Under the pieces are notes generated by a model. That model did not search any database and was not told the origin of the DNA. It saw only the letters and a program-made list of their open reading frames with translations. Both the position numbers and the translations under genes were made by a program. Shown one piece after another: positions 16,039 through 29,721 of a stretch of 64,000 nt of DNA (its first letter is position 1; each line of letters begins with the position of its first letter). Origin of the DNA: Eledone cirrhosa (taxonomy: Eukaryota); the NCBI GenBank assembly GCA_964016885.1, contig OZ024746.1:23436001-23500000 (forward strand). The letters are read 5' to 3'.

Positions 16039-16190
16039 GTGAAGGTACGAGGCTTAGTGGTTAGAGAGTTGGATTCGCAATCATGAGGTTGTGAGTTTGA
16101 TTCCCAGACCGGGCGATGCATTATGTTCTTGAGCAAGACACTTTAATTCATGTTGCATTTTCCGCCAGTTGTGACAAGTAGATGGTATAA
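16039..16190 (+). mobile_element. tRNA-derived CORE-type SINE; other copies at 18435-18690(-), 27800-28025(-), 34860-35155(-), 48851-49115(+)
   Basis: A-box-like ggcttagtggttag, B-box-like gtttgattccc, then ttcttgagcaagacactttaattc. Confidence 0.75.
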
Positions 16191-17329
16191 ACAATGGAAA
16201 GGCCAATGGAAATATTGTTTCCATAAGTAAACAAATATGCCAGCAGACAAGAAACACTTCTTGTGACAGGGAAAAGATGAAAGCTCACTTGGTATGTACA
16301 TGTATCCTGCCACAACTCTTTGTCCCAAAACCATTCCCCTGGGTAGAATTCAAGGAGGTCAAAAAAAGAGGTAGACAAACATATTCCTGTGTTGACAACA
16401 TCAAGGACTGGACAGGTCACAACACTGCAACCCTTTAGTGTAATGAAAGTTTAAACAAACAAAAAAGAAAAGGAGTTGATCACCAGATCAGACCAAGGAG
16501 CTATGTTTCCATTGTTTTTTTTTTTGTTTTTTTTTTTCGTTGCTGATATTATCTGCTGATAACAACATTTCTGGTAGAAAAAAGTGGAATTTGAGTTCAG
16601 ACTTGGATCAGATATTGACTCTTTAAGGACTCCACTAATCTATCGCTCCACTTATCCTCTAAACTGGTAGTGTATTTATTGGATGAAAAATAAAGTTGAC
16701 CTCTGCAGGATTTTAATTCAGAATGTAGAGAATTAGAAAAAAAAAAAATCAAAGCATTTAATCCAACACCCTAATGTCTGTTCAATAAACAAAGAAGATT
16801 TATTGGCTTGGTACCTCTGTGAAAAATCAATTTCTGAACAGAAGAAACTATCAAATCAGTATGGTATCTTAATCTTATGTTAGAGTCCTATCAAAATTGA
16901 CCTAGATTCTCTTATTTCATGAGAACTAATACCTGACATATACAGGGAATTAGGCATAAAGCCAATTTGAGAGGTGGGGAGTAGGGTAAAGTAGAGTAGG
17001 GAGACAGAGGGGAAAATTGATTAAATCTACCTCAATCTTCCTGGTGGGATTTGAACTCAATTCAGAGACACGTAACTTTGGATATGATAAACTATCCTAG
17101 CTACCATTCCAATATAATATTTTCCCCAACCACCATGCCCATCTCCATCACCACCGCCAACACTACCTCTATCACTATGATTACCACCACTGCTACCACC
17201 ACCACCGTCACATAGGCCTTCACCACCATCAGCACACTCAGCCCCCATCACCACCACACCTGCCTGATCTGACTTACAGGCACTATATCAAGCAGTTGGA
17301 AATGTTTCATCAGCATTGTATCCATCACA

Positions 17330-17680
17330 TCCTGAACATCACCAGTATTGAGAAAAAGATAATTTTCAACCAGATGTATCAGGCTGGTCATATTGTCAGA
17401 ATAGAGGATGGAAAGCTGCTTATTTTATGGGGAGCTGACCCGAGGTAAAAGACCACAGCATAAACCAAAGAAGCAGTTTAAGGATGTCATAACAGGCAAT
17501 CTTAAAGCTCTCGATATTGATATGGATAACTAGGAGGCATTAGCTGAAAAACATGTCTTTGAGCATGCTGCTTGAAGTGTTCACTCTGTAAGCAAGACTA
17601 CACGGAAATCCTGCAAGAATTGAAGTGCAATGTGTGTGGTTGATTTCTTCTCTTAAGAGCTAGATTTGCCAATCACCTAA
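17330..17680 (+). mobile_element. RTE (BovB-like) LINE 3' fragment
   Basis: NITSIE..AGHIVRIEDGK..FYGELTRGKRPQHKPKKQFKDVITGNLKALDID, with a frameshift and a stop. Confidence 0.78.
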
Positions 17681-17722
17681 TATCACCTAATTCTCTGCTG
17701 CTCCACATTCACCACCCATGTC

Positions 17723-17965
17723 TCACTGACACATGCAGCATACAACTTTTCCACCTGTTCTTTCCAGCCATTTCTTTGTTCCACATTCATCACCTGTGCA
17801 TTGCTGCCATAAATCATGGCCCTTCTCACACATGCAACATACATCTTTCCCTTCAGGTTCAGTCACACACTTTTCCACGTTAGCACATGACTCAGTTCCC
17901 AAAACTTCTTTCATGCACACCACACTTAAGCTACTACTGACACTGAGTTTGATCATTTTATAAGT
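17723..17965 (-). other. Candidate exon encoding a Cys-rich, PHD-finger-like segment
   Basis: Acceptor ttttaattttttatcag| followed by open frame TYKMIK...DVCCMCEKGHDLWQQCTGDECGTKKW...VVCCMCQ*. Confidence 0.35.
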
Positions 17966-18699
17966 CTGATAAAAAATTAAAAAAACAATAAATGAAAAAA
18001 ATAAACAAACAAATTTCCATCAAACCTGGTTTCTATAAATTTCTAGTTATTTTAGCAAGCATTCACATTGCATTAAATCTGGGAAAGTTTGTTTTTTTGA
18101 AGGCATGCCAGTAAAAATAATTTATTTTGAGATTATATTTACCCAAACAACTATATATAAAGTATATAATAACCTGTTTTGCTTTAAAAAAAATTTAATG
18201 TAAGCACATTTATTTCTAGATTCAGCTTGTTATGACATATCATAGCATATATGAAGGGTATAGTGGAGTGGTTTATAGATATAGAGTGTTATGACTTATT
18301 ATAGGAAGAGAAGTATAGTGGAGTGGTTTATAGACATATATACACACATAGACATATACACACAGACATATGCACACACAGACACATATACACATAGATA
18401 CACTTATACAAAGACATATACATAGACTTTGTTGTTGAACCTCCATTGGTTCCAAAGATCAGTGTTCCAGTTGTTTGATCAATGGAACAATCTGCTCATT
18501 AAATTAACATGTAAGTGGTGGAGTATTCCACAGACACGTGTATCCTTAATATAGTTCTCAGGGAGATTCAGCATGACACAGTATGTAGCAAAAACTGCCT
18601 ATTTGAATAATTAGAGGTACAACTCATTTTTTCCAGCTGAGTGGACTGGATCAATGTGGAATAAAGTGTCTTGCTCAAGGACATAATTCTTTTATAGAG

Positions 18700-19428
18700 C
18701 TTGGTTCAGCAATTTGCGTTGGACAAAGCACAACTCTAAAATTGTCAAGAAAGCCAAGGGTGTCTTAGCATCACTCAGTAAGACCATTGTCAGTCACTCT
18801 CCAGCTATCTATTTAAAGTTGTATATAGCTATGGTGCATCTTCACTTAGAATTTGCATCACCATTCTGGAACCCCTATCTTGCTCAGAATATTGATCTCC
18901 TGGAAACTGTTCAGAGATGTGCAACCAAATGAATATTCTCTATCAGGCATCTACCATACTCTGAACACCTTGCTTCGTTGGTCATGGATACATTAAAGCT
19001 CCGACATCCAGCAACTGACTTGGTAGACACACACAAGATTATTAACCATCTTTCAAACAACAACTCTGGGCACCTTTTTGAATCCCATATATCTAACATA
19101 GACATGCTTACAAAATCAGAAAACAGTGCAGCTCCCATGACTTTTGGAAACATTTTTTTCACACTCAGAGTTGCTGAAATATGGAACAAATTACCTGCAT
19201 CAGTTATTAGCTGTTGAGACACTGCATCCTTCAAAACTTCCATTCTTCCCAAAATTTGCCAACACTACACCTGATATTCCTCCTCCATACACACGCATGC
19301 ATGTGTGTATGTGTGTATATCATGACTATACACATTTCACTTTCTTGTCTTTCATACTATACTTGTACCTTTAATGAGTTGTAGTGCACCTGAGCATTGT
19401 ATACAATAGTTTTCATTATTATTATTAT
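18700..19428 (+). mobile_element. CR1-clade LINE 3' fragment with 3'UTR and (ATT)n tail
   Basis: LKLYIAMVHLHLEFASPFWNPYLAQNIDLLETVQRCATK...LPYSEHL...FFTLRVAEIWNKLP; the same 3' end is inverted at 59465-59580. Confidence 0.88.
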
Positions 19429-20419
19429 TGGCACTGGAAAAAAATCTCTATGGGGCCCATTTTTACTTGAAGCCCGAAGTACGTGCTTACTTTGTTTGAT
19501 GGTTAATCAAAAGCTGGTTTTAAGGCATGTCTGGCTACCAAAAATATATTTTCACAGATAAAACAGAATTACTTATATGTTGTTTTTTAATCAGCGCTGA
19601 GGAAGAAGAGAAGGTGGGAACTAGTGAAACTAATCAGGATAGAAATCATTTACTCCTAAGTCTGATGTACTTTAGAAAGAAGTCATTTACATTAGTTCTA
19701 ATCACTGTCCTACTTTTTTTTCATTGTTTTCACATTTCATCACCATCCCCACCACCACACCCACCATCAATACCACCACAACAATTGTATGCCCTTCCTC
19801 ATGTCATCAACTGTGCCTTTTATACTGCTAGAGCTAATCAACTATATTAAACCCCCCACCCCACCCCACCCCAAAAAATAATTGAGGTCTGATATCAATA
19901 TTTCACAATTTTACTAAATTTAAAAAAATATTTTAGCAGTTTTTGTAAATTATTGAACATTGAGAAATCACAGCTTTGATACTATGGGCATGTGGTTAAA
20001 ATGTCTCAGGAATGAATTGCTGGACAGAGTTTTATGGGCAAAACCAACTGGCAAGAGACCCAGAGATAGATCCCGAGCAAGATGATTGGATAACATCCAT
20101 GAGCTTGGCTGGTCTCACTTAGGGATCCAGTCGGATCAGTTAGAAATGGTTGCTTCTGACACGGCTTGCTGGAAGGAGTGTTTGAGGACTCTGCCAACAC
20201 ATCCTTTTCAGGAAGAAGATTGAACATTGTTGTAGAGTTTACAACTGATGTAATACACTGAGTGGTCTAAGTGTGATGATGATGGTGATGGTTATAATGA
20301 TAAATAGTAGTAGTAGTAGTGGTGGTGGTGATGGTGATAGTTACTATCATCATCACTGTTGATTTGGCAAAATTGTTAGAGTTGGACAAAATGCCTTGTG
20401 CTATTTAGTTACAGCTCTT

Positions 20420-20630
20420 TACATTCACCCCCACTGGCACCATCACCACCAGCAGCAGCACCATTAACATCACCATCGCGATCACCATCACCACCACTAC
20501 CACTATCAGCAGCAGCATCACCACCATTATCATCAACATCACCACCACCACCACTATCATCACCATTAGCAGCGGTACTATTGCCACCGCCATCACCAGC
20601 ACCACTATCAGCATCAACAGCAGCAGTATC
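20420..20630. repeat. (CAC/CAT/CAG)n low-complexity repeat
   Basis: Trinucleotide mosaic. Confidence 0.85.
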
Positions 20631-20840
20631 CCATTCATAGTTCAAATCCTGCTGAGATCAACTTTGACTTTTATCCATCCTTCTGGGGCCAATAAAATAA
20701 AGTACCAGTCAAGTACTGGGTTGATGTAATCAACTTTGCCCTGCCCCAAATTACTAGCCTTGTGCTTACATAAGAAACCTTTACTATTATTATCATTATT
20801 GGTTTTAATATCATTATCATCATCATTATTATTATATTAC

Positions 20841-21030
20841 GGTGGATTGGCAGTATCGGTAGAGGGTCGGACGCCATGCTTTCCAGCATAGTTACGTCCC
20901 TTTACGATCTGAGTTCAAATCCCGCCGAGGTTGACTTTGCCTTTCATCCTTACGGGGTCGATAAAATAAAGTACTAGTAATGCACTGGGTAATTGCTGGC
21001 CTTGTGCCTAAAGTAGAAACAATTATTATT
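20841..21030 (+). mobile_element. tRNA-derived SINE family; copies near 20640-20790, 22880-23040(-), 31866-32485 (stack), 36828-36980, 38410-38560, 49990-50125(-), 54178-54585(-), 58380-58510(-)
   Basis: B-box gagttcaaatccc, then gccgaggttgactttgcctttcatccttacggggtcgataaaataaagtacc, ending ggccttgtgcctaaagtagaaacaattattatt. Confidence 0.82.
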
Positions 21031-22069
21031 ATATTAGTCTTAGTGCTTATGTAAGAAATTGTTATCATTATAATTCTGATATTACATGCAGAAATGCCCA
21101 TTTGTATTGTCCTGTGTTGTCCTTAATGCTATACTTGTGGTTAATAAAGAAACATTATAATTCTGATATTATTATTATTATTATAATCATCATTATTATT
21201 ATCTAAGCATTTTTCAACATGAATGCTAGGGTAGATATAAAATATCACCCTTGTTGAGATAAGGAAGAACTGTGATAAGGATGATAACAGCAGCAGCAAC
21301 AGTAGCAGTAAAAACCCAACCCCCACCCCTTTATGCCGACACCACCACCATCACCATTATTTCTCATAACAATTTAATGAAGCAGTCTCAGTATGTTACC
21401 TGGTCGGTTAGAAATACCAGTGTAATCTTGCTCAAATCATGCCCTACCATTTAAAAAGCGGAAGGAGACATTGGATGATGTGGTCCTAGATATACCTAGA
21501 CCCTGTACCAAAAAAAAGAGATGGGAGGTCCCTTCATCTGTGTCAAAGACATAACAACCGCCCTAGTACTGGTGCCATAATAAAATGCATCTGGTAGAGT
21601 AAGGGATTGTTTATAAGTGTGATGCAGGCCCCCAGCTCAACAAGAGTTAAGTAGTTCCACTTGAGTACTAATTCAGTCTGTGATGACCAGTCCACCAGTC
21701 TTGCTAGCAAGGAAAGGATGATGATGATGTTGGTGATTAGAACACTTTAAATTATATATTCATATATAATTTTTATTATAGCTTAATATATAATGTAATT
21801 ATATATTAAAGACTGTTCATATCAGGCTTACCTGAGAGTAAACAACATCATCATCATCATTGTCTGAGACAAGACAGGCTTGATGACCATATCATGCTCA
21901 TATATTCCATATTTTGGACCTGATTTCTATGGCTGGATCTCTTGGTTTTACTGAGTGTGGTTCCATCATGACACCACCACTCATGAGGCTGTCTTGTCAC
22001 TGCAAGCTAAAAGAGAGACCTCTCAACTCCATGAGGGCATCACCTGTCATGGTGTTTGGACAGGTGAGC

Positions 22070-22282
22070 AGGGTTAGAAGGAAGCTGCAGTAGAGGTAGA
22101 CCAAGGAAGACTTGGGGTAAGGTAGTGAGAGCTGAGCTCAAAATTGCTGAGACACACAGAGGAGATAACAAAGGAATATGATGAGTGGAGAGATGCTGTG
22201 CTGAAAAGGGCCTGTTCAATCCATGCGAGTGTGGAAAAACAGATGTAAAAATGATGATGATGATAAATGATGATGATGATGA
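22070..22282 (+). mobile_element. RTE-clade LINE 3' end
   Basis: LEGSCSRGRPRKTWGKVVRAEL...EWRDAVL followed by a gatgat tail. Confidence 0.78.
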
Positions 22283-24317
22283 ATGAGTCACTGGTCAACA
22301 TGATCCTGTGACATCTCTTTTGTGAGGTTCAGTTTCTTAAAGTTAGTCTTTAATGATAACAAAATCAATAAAGTAGCTTCTGTGTTGATATTCGACTTGC
22401 TAGAAACAGCAGCCAAATATCCCTCAAATCTCACCCTTTCCTTATAAATAAAATGACATACTGAATAACGTAGTCATAGATGCTGGGACACTTTTGTTCA
22501 TAACTCTGCAAACTCATCTTGCCTGAGCCTCTTACCAGCTTTGGTGGATGTGTATGTATGTGTGTGTGTGTGTGTGGGTGAGGGGGACTACATTTCACAT
22601 CTGACTTGGGCTTATTACCAGCTTTGGTGTTTGTGTGTGTATGTGGTCTATATTTTATGTCTGGCCTTGGTCTATTATCAACTTTGCACACACCCTGCTA
22701 TTAGTAGTAATAATATAAAAAGAAACAAAACAAAAAAAAAGAAGAGCATTAGATTAGACCAAAGAAACTATATTACCTTTGCTGTTGGTCAAAACACTTG
22801 ACAAAAGGTAGCAGGATTTGAATTTAGAGTGCGCAGAGCTGGACCAGATTTCATGCAGCACCCAATTTGATTCTTGAACAATTCTGCCAATCCACCAACC
22901 ATAGACTGGTGCTATATTTATCAACCTTAGTAGGATGAAAAATAAAGTGGACCTCAGTGGGATTTGAACTCAGATCACAGAGAGCTGGAACAAATACCAA
23001 GATGTCTAATCTGATGTCTTGACAACTCTGCCAATTCGATTTCTGTATCACTTCTAAGTATTACACCTTTCATGACTTCATTTCTAATGAAATATACTCT
23101 ATTTTAATTAATTAATGAAGAATTTCGAGGGAGTTATTAAGTTAGTAAATTAATGTGGAGTTCTTATATAAAATTATGTTGGAAGATTTTAATTTAAATT
23201 GGAAACCTTTAAAATAGGTGGTCATATTTCATGAAACCAGAGCTAGTTTTGGCTGGGTTTATAAGTAAAGGGTTAAACCTATCCTTACTATATTTCTAAT
23301 GAAAGAGATTGTGCATGATTTTCAAATAATTTTGAAAATAATTGAGAATTTGGAGGGATTTAATAATATAACTAACTATAAATAACTATGTTATTATTAA
23401 GATGATATTTGTAATATAACTTAACAAAAATTCTTACATAAAATTATGTAAAAATTAAGATTTTAAATAAATATAAACACATTAAAACAAACAGTTCTGT
23501 ATCATAAAACAAGGAGTGGTTTGGCATGAATTAGTTAAGTTGCTGTTTTGAACATAACTTAACGAAGGTTCTTACATATAATAATGATGGAAGGGTTTTA
23601 GATAAATGTAAACACTTCAAAATAAAAAGATTCACATCATAAAATCAGGGTCAGTTTCAGGCAATTTGGTATGAAAAGTGCTTACAAAAGCTACAAGAAA
23701 TCCTAACGGAACTAATCAGCTTCTTTGTGTGTGTTTGAATAATATCTACAGCAATAAAGAAAATACAGGAGTGTTTTACCAAGGATATTCTATTTAAAAT
23801 ACAGCAGATGAGAACTGGCTTCTGTCTAACAGTAACAGGTAAAACAGTAAAACATAGAGAGAGGGGGGAAGAGAGAAAGGGAAATATATATTCACCTAAC
23901 AACATTGGTACTGACATACCTACAAACATAACACATTAAACATAATATGTGTGAATGTGTGTGTGGGTATATTGTATCACTGCATGTAATAAGTGACTAA
24001 AACGATTTGTGTCAGGAAGGGCATCCAGCTGTAAAACATTGCCCCTGGTCCGACCCATGACAGCATAGAAAAGTTAATGTAAAAATGATGATAAATATAT
24101 ATATATATATATATTCTTTTCTTCTTTAAATGATCGATAAGATCCCAGAGCTCATTATTTGTCTTACCAAGTGGGGTGAAACTCATCAGATTGAACCAAG
24201 GAAACAATGTTTCCATTAGACTTTCCATTGCTGATACTATCTACAGGTCACAACTTATGGCAAGCAGGGAAAAGTGGGCGTAAAATGATGATGATGATGA
24301 TGAAGTGTATGTATGTA

Positions 24318-24444
24318 ATTGACAACCAAGAGAAGAGTCAATACTGAAGTAGAGTTTATATATTCATTTCATTAAGGCTAGATAGTGAGTCTTGTTACTT
24401 TGGAGTTTCACCTGCTTCTCATGGGGCCTTAATGAAATGAATAT
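24318..24444 (-). mobile_element. Penelope-like foldback element, family C: tail 24318-24357, IR 24360-24378/24426-24444
   Basis: atattcatttcattaaggc / gccttaatgaaatgaatat; homologous to 59333-59451; hammerhead 3' half GAAActccaaagTA^acaaga on the minus strand. Confidence 0.55.
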
Positions 24445-24735
24445 GTGTATATATCCAGTCCAAACTAATGAGGTTGTATAGGTGTCACAACAAAAAATTC
24501 ACACAGTCCACGCTGTAATGTGGCCGTGTAGGCAACACGGTAAAAACCTCCCAGTCCACACTGTAAACGTGGTTGGCGTTAGGAAGGGCATCCAGCCATA
24601 GAAAACCTGCCAGACAGTCCTATATGAGTGAGACATGGTCACCCAACCAATCTTGCCTCAAGAAGGACAATTCCCGTCTAAACCCATGCTAGCTTGGAAG
24701 ATAGACATTAAATGATGATGATGATGATTTATATA

Positions 24736-25144
24736 TAGGAAGTGTAACATGCAATTTCTGTAGGTTCACCCAAGTGAGCACTAGATGCGTAGTTTCCAGT
24801 CTGTAAAGAGGTGTAGAAGCAAGCAGAGTGTAAATATAATAATAAAAGGATGATTTGTTATGTCTTCATTTTGTTTATTGAGTTGTGACATGCGTTTCGC
24901 TATTGATCAGCTCAGGATTCGATCTGTATCGATCTAGCCCGATTCTGGAATCAAAAGCTCGTCGGACCTCTGCTGTGGCAATTACTACAGCTGTTATTAC
25001 CACAGCAGAGGTCCAACAAGCTTTTGATTCCAGAGTCGGGCTAGATTGATACAGATCAAACCCTGAGCTGATCAATAGTGAAACGCGCGTCACTACTCAA
25101 TAAACGTAATGAAGACATGACAAATCATCCTTTTATTATTATAT
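24736..25144 (-). mobile_element. Penelope-like foldback element, family A: tail 24736-24833, ~149-bp diverged inverted repeats 24834-24982/24996-25144
   Basis: Visible inverted arms; tail ggaagtgtaac...ggttcaccc..gtgagcact..gaggtgtag..cagagtgtaa shared with 8561-8657. Confidence 0.75.
24884..24968 (-). ncRNA. Type-I hammerhead motif with CCGACGA core variant and long stem II; mirror copy at 25010-25094 is decayed
   Basis: ggt-CCGACGA-gcttttgat...atcaatagc-GAAA-cgcatg-TC^aca. Confidence 0.62.
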
Positions 25145-25572
25145 ATATATTTAAATGTTGTTCACTTTCCTTATCAGCAAGGGTTGGAAAGGTCATCAGC
25201 AAACCAGGTCAGCACTCAAGAGGACCAGAGGAGGTACTGACCACATGACTCTTAGGTGTCTTTAATCAATCCCATCCTACTCTGTTGCAAACATTCAGAT
25301 CAGGTCTCCCTTTTAAAGAAACCTCCCAACTCTCTCAGTGGACATGAAAAGAGTCATGTGAACTGCTCTCTTCAGTCAGACTAAGCAGGAAAACTATATA
25401 AATGTATATATACATATATATATATCATCATATACATGTATATATATATGATTTATGAGTTTGGTCTGATAAGGACTTTTTCGTACCTGTTTTCATTGAG
25501 AAGTGGACAACAGAGTCAAAATAATCGCTGAGGCTTCTATGCACCTACCATTATATTGATCTAAATCCCCAT

Positions 25573-25638
<66 letters not shown>

Positions 25639-26831
25639 TATATACATACATTTGTATTAATAGGATGACCAGTAAATCATTCACATGTTGACACATTTGA
25701 ACCTAGATCCGGTATTCATACACACATATATAAGAATGACCACACACACAAAAACGAATACAAATACTTGATGTTATGGAATGACTTAGTTATTTTCTTA
25801 CTAGTCTACTTTATGTTGTTTTAGAATCACTTAAATAAATACAAAAACATTGTAATATATGAATACAGTCTACCAGAGACACATATCTACATATCTATTA
25901 ACCCTTTTGTTATTAAAACGCTTAAAACTGCCCCTACTTCTGCAATAGAAATGAAGGCAGTAATTTAGTAGAGTTGTTTAGAATGCCTTGTGGTATTTGC
26001 TCTGGCTCTCAGCTCTCTGAGTTCAAATCCCACTGAAGTCAACTTTGCCTTTCATCCTTTCTTCAGTGCTGATAAAAAGATTACCAGTCTAGTGCAGTGG
26101 TTGATTTTCCCCCTCTATATCTCTTTCTCACTTCCATTCTCTCACTTTCTAGCTTTCTCTGGAAGAAATCTACTGTATTCAGACCTGGAGAAGAGCTAGG
26201 CTCCACCAGGCTTTAAAAAGTGCCCAAGAAAAGCCATATGCCACTATGGCACTCCTACAATTTTAACAGTCAACCAATTTATCTAAAAACCTTCCATCAT
26301 AATTCTATGTAAGAACTTTCCACCAAGGAAAGTTAGTTATATTAGTAATTTCCTCCAAGTTTTGATTAGATGGAAAATATATTTGAAAAATCATAGGCAA
26401 TGTTTTTCATTACAAATATTGTAATGAAAGGATTCATATATAGTTACATATCATACATTCTTTTATATGAATAAAATTTGTCTAAATATAAGTTTGTTTC
26501 ATTTAATGTCTTGAATAATGAAAAAAAAAAAAAATGTGAAGATAGATTCATAATTAGTTCATTGTTTTACGTTTTACGATCATCTCAGAGGGTTGATAGA
26601 TCATAAGTCGATACATTGACAAATTAATAGTGGTTATGCCACTATCTATTCTTAATATTCCAGATCCATCTCACTGGCTTCCTCAGAAACAATCATGTCT
26701 TTTCAAAATTAGGGTACCTGGGAATATCCATTAAATAAAGGTATGAATTCTATGATTTCTGAAAAATCAAATGAGAGTTCAGTTCTGTGATAAATAAGGT
26801 TATGAGCCACAGTGATATCATCTATTTGTAT

Positions 26832-27230
26832 TTAACCCTTTCATTACCATATTTCTAATAAAAGACGCTGTCTACCATTTTCAAATAAATTTGAAAATTT
26901 CTCATTATTGATCTGGTGATTGGAACATAACTTAACAAACGTTCTTACATAAAATTATGAGGGAAGGTTTTCAGATAAATGTAAACACTTTAACCCATTT
27001 ATTACTATATTTTTAATGAAAGGTACAGTCTATAATTTTCAAATACTTTTGAAAATAATCAAGAATTCGAATGGAATTCTCATTATTGAGCTGGTGATTA
27101 GAACATAACCCAACATAAGGTCTTAGATAAAATTATGATGGAAGATTGTTTAGATAAATATAAACATTTTATAACAAACAGTTTTGTATCCAGGGGCAGT
27201 TTCAAGGAGGTTTGGTATCAAAAGGATTAA
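26832..27230 (+). mobile_element. Two tandem copies of an AT-rich ~250-bp TTAA-CCC-ended MITE-like repeat; further pieces near 14310-14480, 14985-15555, 23060-23680, 26275-26435(-), 33450-33570(-)
   Basis: ttaaccctttcattacc ... ttcttacataaaattatgatggaagg ... ggtatcaaaagg(g/a)ttaa. Confidence 0.65.
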
Positions 27231-27582
27231 AACGTTTTATTGCTCAACATAATATGAAACACTTATTTCCTGGTAGTTATTCAATAAATTAGTTGTGAAG
27301 TTTATAGTGTGCCAAGGTGCAGGGCTATAGTTGACAATGTCTTCTGTTAACCAGTGATAAAAGGAGAATAAAGCAAACTTCCGTTGTTTTGCTTTATTGG
27401 CTGGAAGAAGTAGAAAACTATAAGTTATTGTGCTATTAACTAACAAGTCAAGCTATGGTTAACTCAGGAAACCTGTGAATGGGTGATAAAATACTGACAT
27501 AGCTACATAAACTACATTACACAAACCTATGAACACTTGTGAAGAACACACACACACATATATATATATATATACGAGTGTG

Positions 27583-27627
<45 letters not shown>

Positions 27628-29690
27628 CAACCACACAGCTGCAGAGACTTTCCATTAAAAAAAAACTGTAGAAAATATTTTGCTATTTTAACACCTCTAA
27701 TATACATATATATAATATATATACACACGTGTGTGTGTGTAGGGGGGGGGGGGGGGGGGTTGCACCTAGATAGTTCTCCTCTGGGGCACAAGTCCAGGCA
27801 AGTTTGTTTGTGGAAGACCAGCAGTCACTCATGCTATCCAAGGGAAAGGCAATGTCCAATACAGCTTGGCAACAGTGACACTGCAACTCCTTTCTACAGC
27901 TGAGTTAATTGGAGCAATGTGAAATAAAGTGTCTTGCTTAAGGACACAATGCATCAACCTGTCTGGGAATCGAACTCACAATCTCATGATTGCAAGCCCA
28001 ATGCTCTAACCACTAAGCCATGCAAACATATATGTAATATATATATACATGTATATATATAGTGGTAAGAAACTCTCAGGAGAGTTGGACAGCCGAAGAT
28101 CTTCAAAGAAGAAGGCCCCCTCAAGTAAGTGTTTCGGCCCTTAACTTCTTACACCAGTCCTGGGTGCCCTTCTGCTGACATTTACCCATTTGGATATTGG
28201 AGTCTTGTTGTGTACTTAAACTGTATAAAGATTTTGTTGACAAGATGCAGCTGAGGGTCCTTTCCGTTGCCTCAACTTTCAAACTTATATTTAGACGCTT
28301 TCTTAAGTTTGTAAAAATAATGTTGGTAGTCATGGAAGCGATGAGATAGATAGATAGATATTATTCATATCTACTACATATGTGTGTGTGTATTACCCTC
28401 GTCATCATCTGTTTATGTCTATTCTCCCTGCTAGTAAGGACTAGGTGGTCCTTGTTAGTGGGTCACCACAGACTAAGCCAGTACTTAATCAAAGCCACTT
28501 ATCTCTCATATGGGCCAGTCGAATCTCACTTACATACTTTAAAGAACGGCACCATATCATTTATCATAGAACCAACACTAGGAGGTCACCAAGTCTCTAA
28601 TACAACTGCAGAGTCATATCTACCCTTTGTTTGGCAAGTTTGGGTCACCAACACTAAAGAGGTTGCTGTACCCTTGACACAATTCAAGAGTCATCTTGGC
28701 CCTTTTTATATATATTATAAAAAAACATTACATTTACATTAATCATCATCATCATCACTATTTAACGTCCATTCTTTCCCTGCTAGCAAGGGGTAGATGA
28801 GTTGTCCTGTTGTAAGACAAGTCAGCTTAGATGACCATGTCTTGCTCATACAGAGCTATTTCTGGCTTGGTTTCTATGGCTGGAAGGCCTTCCTAATGTT
28901 GACCACATTTACTGTGTGGATTTGGTGCCTTTTATTGTGGCACCAAAATGACCAACTGACAGGTTGGACTGGGTATTTTTTCATCGTGTCACCAGCACAA
29001 CCACCTTACAGAGTGGACCGGGTGCTTTTTGCTGTCACCAACATGACCACTTTAGAGGGTGGACTGAGTGCTTTTTGTCATGTCCACTTTATAACATGGA
29101 TTGGGAGCTTTTTGTTGTGTCACCAACACAACCATCTTACAGGGTAGACTTGGCGCTTCTTTTTGTGTCACCAACACAAGGCTTTTTTTTATCTGCTATA
29201 GAAATTATATTTGGGCATTGTTCCATTTGTACTATTGATATAAATGGCGTTTCTCGCCTTCTCCTCCCTCTTTATATATATAACTTCCTCTCTCTATCAT
29301 TTTATGTCACTCTCTGTCCCTTTATATATGTAACTCCCACTCTCTATCACTTTATATATGTCACCCTCTGCCTCTTTATATATGTAACTCCAACTCTCTA
29401 TCACTTTATATATGTCAAGTCCTCTCTCTATCTATATATTTCACTCACTCACTCTCTCTTCTTCCTTTTCTCTATCTCTTTATATATGTCACTTCTTTTC
29501 TATCACTTTATGTATGTTTATCTCTCCCTCCTCCACCCTCTCTCTCAATCTTCTTCCCTCTTTGTCACTTTATATGTCACTCACTCACTACTCTTACTTC
29601 TCTCTATATATATCTATATATCTATCTATATATCTATATGTATATATCACTTCTTTCCCCTCCCTTTATGTATGTCACTCTTGTTTTATC

Positions 29691-29721
<31 letters not shown>

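Noticed and set aside
19527-19850. 107-aa ORF with acceptor-like sites
   Set aside because: No recognisable homology, runs into low-complexity sequence, no clear donor
20841-21030. tRNA gene (A/B box-like motifs)
   Set aside because: No cloverleaf; multi-copy with a SINE body and tail
25335-25385. CTGAAGA-gag...ctc motif on the minus strand
   Set aside because: The GAAA position reads TTTT and no stem I forms
26663-26740. Plus-strand exon-like segment with AG/GT boundaries
   Set aside because: Stop codons in all three frames and no other support
28060-28340. Possible Penelope 3' end with hammerhead on the minus strand (gggccGAAAcac)
   Set aside because: No convincing CUGANGA core or stem I, and protein similarity too weak to support
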